Positions 22,671-33,387 of a stretch of DNA of 36,747 nucleotides are shown piece by piece. Positions within the stretch are counted from its first letter, which is position 1. Each line of letters starts with the position of its first letter. The translations under genes and the position numbers were made by a program. The stretch covers positions 1-36,747 of the forward strand of contig JALMLS010000604.1 of NCBI GenBank assembly GCA_038496445.1, written 5' to 3'. This stretch comes from Trichosphaerium sp. ATCC 40318. Its lineage: Eukaryota; Protista; Tubulinea. The notes under the pieces are model-generated. The model ran no database searches. It saw only the letters and a program-made list of their open reading frames with translations, and was not told the DNA's origin.

Positions 22671-24618
22671 ATGAATCCTATCATTCGCTTCCTTGTTGTT
22701 AGTGTCGGTTTTATGACCGACGCATACGATTTATTCGTTATTGGCATGGTATTAGAAAACAGAAACTTTTCTTTATGTGACATTTCTTAGGTACTCGTTA
22801 TTATTGGACAAGTAAGTCCTGAAGATGATTCTACAGTCGCTAGTAAGTTGTTTGTATTATTTAGATTGTATAAGCGTATTCGCTTATTTTATTGCTATAG
22901 AGACTGCTATTGCTGCTGCTGTATTAGCTGGAGCAATGTCTGGACAGCTTTTCTTTGGTTTCACTGGAGATTTATTTGGAAGAAAAGTTATGTTCTTATG
23001 TACTTTGATAATGATCATCGCTTTCGCTATTTTGAGGTACATACACTCGTATCCAAGTCTTTAAGTATTTTTTTTTCCATTTCCCATTGCATATTTTAGT
23101 ACGTAAACTTCGTAAACAATACAAATACATTGTGCGTAGTCACGTGACCTGAAAAAACGAAAAACAACTTTTTTTAGTTTCTCAGTTTCGCTACGAAAGT
23201 TCGAACTAAAACCTAAAATAAAAGTATTGTAACACGTGTTTTTTCAGTGCCTTTGCCTTTAAAATATCAGGGCATTTCTATTACATACTCGCAACATGGC
23301 GTTTCTTCCTTGGAATGGGTATTGGTGGTGAGTACCCTCTATCAGCGACAATTTCTGCGGAATCTTCTTCAGCAAAGTCGAGGTAGCAAATTTAGAGTTT
23401 GACCATTGTTCTCGCGTTTAATTAAATATTAGGGGTATGGCCATGGCAGGTGTATTCTCCATGCAAGGCGTCGGTAATTTCTTAGCGCCTTTAGTGGTTG
23501 TAATCATTCTCGTCATCAAACCTATTCCTTTATCATATGTATGGCGAATCGCTCTTGGTTTTGGAGCTATTCCTTGTATTCTAACTGCGTACCATCGGTA
23601 CGTTTGTAGCCATAGGCAATGTTATGCATTCACCTAACTCTATGAGATGTTTAGGTTCCAGTTACATGAGTCTTCTCATTTTCAGCACTCGAAAACTGTC
23701 GCTGCATCATCGAAGATAAAAACAAACATTCCAAAACTTCTTTGGCGTTATAAATGGACACTTCTTGGAACAGCTGGAAGCTGGTTCTTATTTGATATTA
23801 CTTTTTACGGAAACGGGTTATTCAAAGCAAGTACCCATAAGACCTGACATGAAATGAAGTTGTTAACAACTTCTTTTTTTAGGAAACTGTTGTGCAATAT
23901 TTATTGGGTGACTCTAAAACTGGACCTCGTGATAAGTCAATTCAAACAGCAGAAGCTTCACTCATTATAGCAGCTATCGCACTTCCAGGTACCTTGTGAA
24001 TACAGAAACCGTTTATGTTAAAAAGCCTACACGTGTCTCCCGTGGTACCAAGTGGAGAATGTTCTAACAAAACGCTAATAGGATACTGGATTGCTATTCC
24101 TGCAGTTGAATATATTGGACGTAAATACCTTCAGTTATTTGGGTTTTTCTTTATGGCTTTAACTTTTCTTATGATGGCTATATTCTATGAAGAAATTAAG
24201 AAACGTCATACATTATTTGTTGTATGTTATGGACTTACATTCTTCTTTTCAAACCTTGGACCAAATACAACAACTTTTATTGTACCGGGAGAAGTTTTTC
24301 CAACAGAAATAAGAACAACTTGTCATGGTATTTCAGCAGCTGCTGGTAAAGCTGGTGCAGTATTGGTACGACTCCCTTATATCTCTTAGAAGTAATTTGT
24401 TGTTTATAACGTCTTAGGGTGTTGCTATTTTTGAGACTTTGTCAAAGAAGTATGGTTATGCTTTCATGTTCTATTTATGTGCAGAAGTTGCTGCAATGGG
24501 TGTTGTTACTACATTGTTTTTAATACCTGAGTATAAACAAAGAGCACTTCGTACTGAGGCTATATCACCATCGGATGATACCACATCTATACAAACTGCA
24601 AAAGCTTTACTAGATTAG
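22671..24618 (+). CDS. PHO84: MFS inorganic phosphate:H+ symporter (PHO84/PHT1 family)
   Basis: GFMTDAYDLF, GQLFFGFTGDLFGRK, WRFFLGMGIGGEYPLSATISAE, VFSMQGVG, LLGTAGSWFLFDITFYG and FFSNLGPNTTTFIVPGEVFPTEIRTTCHGISAAAGKAGA. Confidence 0.95.
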
Positions 24619-25102
24619 CAAGTTGTTGGCAGTAACGAAAAAAAAAAACCACATTGTAAACATGGTCTGAGATTTTTTTTATAAACAAGTTTGCAACAGC
24701 ATACCTATTATTATTAGATTTTATACTGCAGTAACGGTTAACTTATAGATTCTTTGTACTGTTTTGAATAGACGTACATACACTGGTCTTGATAGAGTGA
24801 ACGGGTTAAATGTTAACTGGCAACTTTTATTACATTGTTATTAAGCCTGTCGTCTGTTATCGTTCGGTACAGGCTAACTATGTACCTAACCTATCTCATG
24901 TCTTGTTTCTTTGTTATGTATTGAAAACGCCTTTGTATCACGTGATTGCAAACATATTAAGTAAGATATCAAAAAGGTTAAGGCAGCGTTAAATTTAGCA
25001 ACAAACACAATGAAAGCGCCTACAAACGCGAAAAATGATGGTGAATCGAACATGGGTGCGTTTTACGCATAAATAGACTTGTTTATTGTTTAGAACTAAC
25101 TT

Positions 25103-26929
25103 ATGGAAGAAACGACTCCGATAATCATATCTATGGGCTCTAGTAATATCGTAGCCGGTTTTAGTAGTTCTAGCGCTCCCCATACTATATTTCCAACCGT
25201 GATAGGTACTAATAGCGCCCAACACGCACAAGATAGCGCAAAAAACACAACTGGTACGTTGATTTATGATTCCCATTAAACAAATTCAGATAATCTCGTA
25301 TTTGATTTTTGCACATTGCCTCAACGCAAAGCTCTATATACCTTTTGTTTCATTCCTCGTTACACGCAAAATGCATGATTGCGTGCCATTGTGAGCGGCG
25401 GATAAAGACACAAAAGGGTTACACAGGGCGAGTTGTTTTTTGTCAACGTTCTATGAGATTATAGTTTGTATTATGTATCTATATCCGCTTACAAAGAAGG
25501 AAGGTACTTATATTGGTGAAAATGCTTTATCAAAGAGCGACTTATTGAACTTGTCATACCCAATACAAAACGGACAAGTTACAAACTGGGAAAGTATAGA
25601 GCGTATCTTGGATTACACGCTTAAAACCGAGATGCGTGTAGAAGCTAATGAACACCCTGTTTTAATTATGGATACACCAATGTCGTCAAATACTGATAGG
25701 TATGCCTTTTTTGACTTTGAAGTTTTGTGCATTCCTGAAATTTTCTTTTTCTCATCATATCGTCAATGTGTGATTTTTGTTGGTTTTTTTTTTGACTATC
25801 AGTACTGTTTTGGTTACACCAAATAGAGAATGATATTTCTTGTTTGGGGAAGGTTCTTTTGTTTTTTTTCTTTCATGCGAATCTTGTTGTTTACGTCTGC
25901 TAGAGAAAAGTATATCGAGATGCTGTTTGAAACTTTTGAAGTGCCATACTTTTATATATCTTTGGAAGCTCCTTTTGTAGCGGCTTGTAGTCAAACAAAT
26001 AGAGGTTTGATAGTCTCATCTGGAGGTGGTGTTACGAGCTATGTTCCTCTGTACGATGGAAAGATTGTAACAGACTCAATTGGAAAAGCTGCATTTGGAG
26101 GTAAAGATGTAACAAAGTATTTGACTGGGCTTCTTTGTGAAGCTGGTTATGAGTTCAATACATCAAAAGGTATTGATATTGTACGTGATATAAAAGAAAA
26201 ACATGGATATGTCGCTGCCAAGGGATATGAAAGCGAACTTGAAGTGTTTAAAGATAATAATCAGAAGACATACGAGCTTGACGATGGCAGTTGTGTAACA
26301 GTTAAAGAAGAGCGTATGAAGTGTGCTGAGATTTTAATGGATCCTAGTATAGCTGGTGTTAATGAACAAGGTATTTCTAAGGGAATATACAACACTGTAA
26401 TGAAATGTAAAAAGAAGATGCGAAAGGTACACAAAGAACAATTTCTTCTTCTTTTTTTTTCATGTCAGATTTTGTTTGACGTTTTTCGCTTTTTGAGCTA
26501 GGTCTTCTAGTTTTCTCAACTATGTTTTACAATCAATATCATAGTTGGGTTTTACAGGAAGCTTCATTCTTGGTTTTTCCGCAAATATCAATCGCACATG
26601 CCATTGCAAAACGATTTTAATTGTAAAAAAAGCGATTTCTGCTTTTATTATTCACTAGCTTGTAGGAGCTATTTAGAAATATTGTACTTGCTGGTGGTAA
26701 TACAATGCTACCTGGACTAGCCGATAGGATTACTTTTGATCTAAAAAAACTAGCTCCAAAGGCAAAAATTAATGTTAAAGCAACTCCAGAACGAAAACGT
26801 TCATCATGGATTGGAGCATGTATTGTTACATCTCAAGTTGGTTTTGACTCTAAATGGATCGAGAAAAGTGTCTACGATGAGTATGGTAAAGGAATAGTAC
26901 ACCAAAAGTGCCAAAATTTTATCTTATAA
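25103..26929 (+). CDS. Divergent actin / actin-related protein
   Basis: IIISMGSSNIVAGF..APHTIFPTVI, YPIQNGQVTNWE, EHPVLIMDTP, EMLFETFEVP, GGKDVTKYL, IVRDIKEK, YELDDG, NIVLAGGNTMLPGLADRI, PERKRSSWIGA and YDEYGKGIVHQKC. Confidence 0.93.
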
Positions 26930-27332
26930 CTATTCAAATATTGAAACAATAAAGAAAGCAGGAACCAAGTTATTCTTCACTTATATACTCTCATGTTGCC
27001 TTCTACGTTCACGTGCGTTGCTGGCTTTCATGCATTTTGTTAACAATCGAATGGACTATGTTATCAACCACGTTATCACATACATTAAGGGGCGTACAAA
27101 AATCCCTCGACAGATTCAGGATTTCGGGTTCACCCGAAGTATCGATGACAGAAATCTATCAGCACGTGGTTGATACTAGCCTCATTGTCTTTTCTAGAGC
27201 ACCATTTAACACCTCCCATTTCCTATGAATTCGTGGATATTATAACAGCACTATGTGTCACTGTGGTGTTCGGGTCGGCACGTGTATGCAGTATTAAAAA
27301 CTGTACCCTACACGGATAGCAAGTCTTGCAAA

Positions 27333-28330
27333 ATGCGTTTTATAACTATTCTTATCGTTCTATTAGTAAACAGCACAGTATCTCAAATCAGTTTCGAGGC
27401 ATGTCATATGCTCTTTTTTCTATTTCTTGTGATAACCCAAATCACCTTAGGTTTATTCGAACACTGACTGTTCCGGTCAACCTTTCAAAACAGTCGAACG
27501 TAGTTTCAACACGTGCTATGGAGAAACTAATTCTCTTCCAACATTCATGACTGTCAATGCTATAAAGTACATAGACTGTCCGAGCAGTTCTGAAGTACGC
27601 AGTTAGTAGGGCTAGTTGTCATGTTTACTTAATGTTTAGCTCGTCTACCGCATATATAATGACACAGAAAACTGCGAACAGCTCTTTGAGGAAATAGACG
27701 CTCGTACAGATCCAACATGGTGTGTAGTAGCAGCACCATTTTCATACATTATCAAATGCACACCAAATCCCATGCGTAAAATGTTATCAAATATCAAAAA
27801 AAAAAAAGCGCACGCGCCGACATCTACTTTAGTCTCCTGCTCCGCCACTCTCTATATTTTCGGTCGGATACTTGAACCAAGATTGTAGCGGTGAACCTTC
27901 GATAATAACAAACTATACGAGTGGAGAATGCGTCACCAATGATGGAGACCCTTTCGTTGTGACGTGCCGTTTTGTATGTATTTATTGTATGAGTTGCATA
28001 GTCCTTTTTACTAAACTATAAGCTCAGGGTCAATTAAAAAAGGCTCTGTACAGTAGTAGTAATATTGAATGTTCAGGTGATCCTGAACGCATTGAGGTTA
28101 ACTTGTACACACACTGTGAGGTATCAAACGAACTGGGAGTATCAGGGCGAGTTGTGTGTTCTGAGAGCTCCAACTACAATCCACCTCCTACAGGCTCAAC
28201 TACTCCTTCTTCAAATCCCTGTTCTTCAACACCTTCTTCAAAAACAAAGAGAAGCAGCACAACCACGATTTCCTCTCATTCTTTGTTTTATGCTATCATT
28301 CCTGTGGTGTACATGTTGTTAAAATGGTAA
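27333..28330 (+). CDS. Secreted, probably GPI-anchored protein with four Cys-triad repeats and a Ser/Thr stalk
   Basis: Signal peptide MRFITILIVLLVNSTVS; repeats VYSNTDCSGQP, IYNDTENCEQL, YLNQDCSGEP and YSSSNIECSGDP; PPPTGSTTPSS stalk; hydrophobic C-terminus LFYAIIPVVYMLLKW. One splice junction is out of phase (see findings). Confidence 0.78.
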
Positions 28331-28904
28331 CAAGTCGACATTGACAAAAACAATATACTATCGCAATGTATACCTTTTGGTGAACTAAACAAATAAACTA
28401 TTTGTGCAAATAGTAAAATGTAGTAAGCTTATGTGCATACGGTCGCTGTAGGTTAACAGTCACGTGATTTTATTCGTAGTCGCATTAGCTGTTTGGCACA
28501 ACTCCTACCGACAACATGTTTTAGACTTATAAAACTGCTACAAATTTACTTACACCAACAGTTGGTGACAATGTTATTTTACTAGAGTTCATACTTGCTT
28601 ACTGACTTTAGTAACAGATGAAAGTATTAACAAACGATATACAAACAACTAATATCAAAGCGTTTGCAAGGGGCATCTGTAATTTACACGTGTTTGATAT
28701 GGATATTACCATCAAATTAACTGGAACTCTGAAATTGATTTGACATATAGCTTTCATTTATCGGGAATACAAGTTAAAAACTGGCGCTTAATTAAACGCT
28801 ATTCATCAAGTACGTTCCAAATTTGTTTGACAACACAAGAAGATATGATCGCCTCAGGAATCCTTTTTATTTTTGTACATTTTAAGACTCCTTATGCTAT
28901 TTTT

Positions 28905-31900
28905 TTACACCCTTCTTTTCCTTAACCAGCTCCAGTACTTCTTCTGAGTCTCTTGAACCTTAGGAAGACATAGTTGCCTTAATTCAGCCATAGAAAACCT
29001 CATCTTCTTTCGTGGACGAACAGGTTTACTTCTTTCTCTGTTTATCAAATTTTGTTGTAATTGGCTATCTTCTCTTTCATCTTCATCCTTCCCTTCTCTT
29101 TTTCTTTTTCGACTTCTGGATACACTTGCCTTCTGCTGCACAGGTATCTTGTATGTCAATGAATCAGGCGTAGAGATAACAACATGATCTTGAACTATGA
29201 CAGAAGTAGCCGAAGTACCTTTCTTTGTAGTAGTACTTTTCTTTTGTTTTTTCTTTAAAATTGTCATAGAAGATGTACTATCATCTGATGGTTTATCCTT
29301 TCTTTTTCTATTGTTATCACTGCTTCTATCATTAAACAGTTTTTTAGCCACTTTCTTTTTCTTTGTTTTTGCTGTAGCCTTTGTTTTTGTTTTCCTCGTC
29401 TTTTTCTTCGAAGAGGGTGAAGGAGATATATCGTTTAGTCTTCCTTTAGTGATAGTATACGGTTTTTTTTTAGGAACCACTTTCTTGGCTTGCCGTCTGC
29501 TTTTTTCCGCTTCTTTTCCTCCTTCTCTTTCTTCTTCTTCTTCTTCTTCTTGTTCTTTTGATGTTATTTTTGATTCTAAAGATCTTACTTCATCTATAAA
29601 ATCTTCTTTACCATCATCACTTTGTTGAACATCTTTGGTTGGATCAAAACGATCATCTTGTGTAGAACAATCAACATGTTCTGCCATAAACTTACTTATG
29701 ACATCCTCCATTTTAGCAGAATTATTTTGAGTTAATGGTTGGTACTCGCTTCTTTGTTGATTTCCACTTGATGAGGGCGTATTTTCTAAAGATGAGTCTT
29801 GGCTATCTTCTATGATTATTGCCATTTCATCGTTGTCATTTTTGTCTTTTCTTTGTTTTTTTCCTTCTTTGCCAAGAATAATACCATACTGTTCTCGAGC
29901 AAGTATTTTTACAATATTAGATACTTTTTTAGATACACTATCACGTGTAGGTTTATTTTCTGTATCACTACTTTGTTCCTAAAGAAAAAAAAAATTAAAC
30001 AAAAAAAATCGGAAGAAGGGTCAAGTTCTTTTTGTGGAACTGTTGTTTTTGGTACTGTCTCTTTGAGTTATTGGTTTCGTCGAAATTGTAACGTACTTGT
30101 TCATCATTATCACCGCAAAAATAAGCAAAAAGTTTCTCACGTAAGTCATCTTCATCAAACTTGTTTTCGCCGTGAAAGTAAGCTCTTAGTTGTGAGCTTA
30201 AATTATCTTCATCAATATCCTCTAACTCTGGTTCTCTTTCCTCTATAGCAAAACCTTCATCTGAATTACTTAGACTAAAAACATCTACATTATCAGGGTC
30301 AGGGTTGATGTCTTTGCTTGAACCTCTTTTCGTTTTGTCAACTTTCTTGTTTTTTTCTTCTTTTTCTTCATTTTCTTTGTTTGCGATTCCAACATATTCC
30401 TCCTCGCCAAGGAGAGGTGACATGCTCTGTATAGCATGAGGTCCATCATTAAAAACATTATAACTTGGTTGATGAGCCATCATACTCACAGAGGAGTCAT
30501 CAACACTTGGTGCAATAATTTTAGGCACGTCTTCATTTATCTCTACTTCTTGCACTTCATCTGGAGAAGAATTTTTCCCACATGTGGCTGGTTGTGTTGC
30601 TTCGTCTGTTTTGTTCTGTGGTGTCTCTGGAATTACTTGAGGTCCTGTACTTTCGGGCGTTGATTGAGTTTTCTGAGATTGTGGTGTCTCGGGAATGACT
30701 TGATCAGATTCAGATTCGTCTATAGAATTATTATCTTGTTCTTCGCTGTACTGAGTCAACTGAAAACCACCAACTTGAGTAGTTGGTTCATTATCTTCGT
30801 TATCTTCATAATCTACAAGCTTTTCATATTCAACATCGTCGTCATCTACATCATCTACCTCTGATTTCTCCGAGAGTTGACTTTCTTCACCTTGGATTTT
30901 TTTTAGTACGAGCAGAAACATTATGGACTTTACCTGATGCCACGGCATCGTAGTTGGGCGTAGATTTAGCCGCATTGCTCGTTTTTCCTGTTGCGACGGA
31001 TTTATTTGAATCTTGAGAGGCACCACTAGGTGTTCCAGGAGTATTTTGGCTTAGGTCTACAGCAGCATTCAAGTACTTTTCGGGGTTTTCCATATCTTCG
31101 AAGTCCCCATCAAGGTCGAGCTTTTAAAAAAATAAGATTTTAGAGCGCGTAAACGGTTTAAAGTTTACGTACGCTTCCATCGAAAACCCACGTTGGATGG
31201 TTCTTCATGAAGGCTGGCTGTGTACCCTGCAAAAAAGCCTTAAGAATCACGAAACAGATGTGGTTGGTTTTATCAAAACGCTTACTTGAGTATCTGTTGG
31301 CGCATCTGGCTGTGATGCAGGAGGCTTCGGTGCCTTTTCAGGCGTAACAACATCCGCAGGTTTCCAACCTGAGAAAAGTAAATAAGTCAGTCACAACGTT
31401 CGTTGCGTACCATCTAGCTCGTCTAATGCTGTGGTTTGGTCTGGAGGCGGATAGCAATCAGATTGACTTAGAACCTAGCGTCACAAAATTAGTTTTAGCA
31501 CCAAGATGCCTTGAGAACACGTACATAGTTTGGTGGAGCGACAGCATCATTATTTATAGCCTGAGAGAGCATATCGGCGATTAAACCCATACCTTGAGAC
31601 GGCACGTCTTCCTCTAAAACGAATTTAACGTCTCGCGAGCTTTTTATTGGTTTGCTTTCGTGTAGAAGCACTCTAGCTGTACTCTACAAAAAAAAAGTTG
31701 TTCTCACGTACTGTCTCTACAAAAATATTTGAATAAATAAACAACGTATGGCGCGTTTTTATGGCGTACTTGTCTTTTTGAAGTTGGGCGCGAACACGAG
31801 CAAGGCTCTCGAGCATTTTAGGTTTCCCGACCACATCTTGACCCTCACACCCGTGGAATGACAACTTACGTATCTCAACCAAGTAGTTTTTGTAGTCTGG

Positions 31901-32255
31901 TGCGATTTTAACGTCATGGTCTTGAAGGGTTATCAAGGCTCCGTATGTGGTGTTTAATGGTATATTAGGGTGTTCTCTGGGAATTGTTAGAACTGTCAAA
32001 CAGAAATGTCTGTTTACTTACGTTGTAAAGTGCTTCACCGCTTCTGCAGTGAGTATAGCATGTACTTGGTGATACCCATCGGAGATAATAAGCCGAGCAT
32101 AGGGAACTTGTTCATTTGGGTATGATTGGTACTTATATCGTTATAACGGTTGAGGTTAGAGCGTGTACCTTTACTATTTGAGCATTTGGGCTGCACAGTG
32201 GTTTTACACCATCAAGCGTTTGCGCGGCGATCCACGCATGGTTTAAGAATTGCAT
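28905..32255 (-). CDS. ACD: Probable shelterin subunit TPP1/Tpz1/Est3-family OB-fold protein with a long disordered S/TQ-rich tail
   Basis: Exons 32255-32169, 32131-32022 and 31976-~31770 give MQFLNHAWI..AQIVKY..ARLIISDGYHQVHAILTAEAVKHF..GALITLQDHDV..LVEIRKLSFHGCEGQDVVGKPK. A later exon gives DCYPPPDQTTALDELDGW. The frame continues through the 343-aa and 306-aa ORFs. Confidence 0.75.
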
Positions 32256-32467
32256 TTTGGACACTACTAGGCCATGGGAGCGTCAAACGAATTAAACCGC
32301 CAATTTTTCTCATAGCTGTAAAGGCTCAACCTGTAAAAAGAACTTTAAAATCGCGTGTTTGGGCTGGTTAGCTTTTTGTGCCTGAATAAGGATGTACATT
32401 TGATTAATTTTGCCCGACAACTACAGAAACGGCGCTAAATTGCAACACTTGCGTCAAGACAATAGAA

Positions 32468-33307
32468 ATGGCAACGAATAATTCAAAAAAACACGTGGTG
32501 TAAGTGCGAAAGTACAGTATTATTGATTGACGCCTACAAAGGTAGATACGGAAGCGTTGACGCTTCAGTCGCTACCAGCAGATGTAATAAATCTAGTATT
32601 CCACATAATAGATGTAGCAGGCTTTGTACGCTACCGTGAGCTATCTGTGGTATTTAGAACTGGTATTGGCACCTCACCCATTCGTTAACGGTGCGTTTTT
32701 GATTCCCAGAAGACCATGTACACCACAAACAGTCTGAATGTCGAAAAAGGAGTTTACCGTTGTTGGCTCTTATTTGGAAGTTCAAGATCCTGAGAAACCG
32801 ATTGGAGACGCAGATTCTGTAGGCCCAAAGTTGTGCCTTATATCACTCGCAACATAAAGAACTCAAACCATCACCTATGCACAAGGTGCAGCATATCTAT
32901 TCGACGTTCTTATATTTGAGTGTTGTTAACAAGAGTTTGTTATGAAGCTGTAGGATGTGGTATGGAATCTCATTCTGTTTTCTTTCTTTTTTTGGTTTCT
33001 AAGCTTACTTCTAATCAAAAACTAGGTCCTGGAGGCTATCTTGAATGATTGGTATTAAGAGATCAACTACTGGTTAGAGAGTGTGCTTTGAGCGTTATGT
33101 TCAACACATTTGGATGTACGAGATAAGGCAAGACAATACATTAAACGCTGTGTTGCACGTGTTGTAGCACTCCTACATGAAACGAACGATACTGTAGCTA
33201 TTCGCCTAGTACACTGCGTTCCATTGTTAGAAAAACTGATTGCAATATTTGTTTCAGTTGTTTCAACGCCCTCTGTACAACAGAGTGTCCCGACGCACAT
33301 GACTTAA
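32468..33307 (+). pseudogene. Probable F-box + helical-repeat pseudogene
   Basis: LQSLPADVINLVFHIIDVAGFVRYRELSVVFR (F-box) at ~32563-32660. The downstream frame has stops at 32855, 32927, 32951, 33056 and 33089 around an intact GT-AG intron (32960-33025), then LDVRDKARQYI..LLHETNDTVAI. Confidence 0.55.
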
Positions 33308-33387
33308 ATTGCGTCTTGCGAATAACCAGGCTGTCTGAAAAAAGTTTTGTTTATTTTGTATTTTTCAGATGGTGTTTTATACTCTCT

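Noticed and set aside
24995-25276. 93-aa minus-strand ORF with a hydrophobic N-terminus
   Set aside because: Antisense to exon 1 of the actin-like gene, with no independent support.
29197-30864. Plus-strand hydrophobic ORFs (143, 149, 75, 66 aa) that look like membrane proteins
   Set aside because: Antisense shadows of the Lys/Glu/Asp-rich minus-strand gene.
6608-33091. Stop-codon reassignment (TAA/TAG=Gln or TGA readthrough) suggested by in-frame stops at 6608 and 32855-33091
   Set aside because: Conserved genes end properly in TAA, TAG and TGA, contain no internal stops, and the poly-Gln tract uses only CAA/CAG. The stops are confined to decayed regions.
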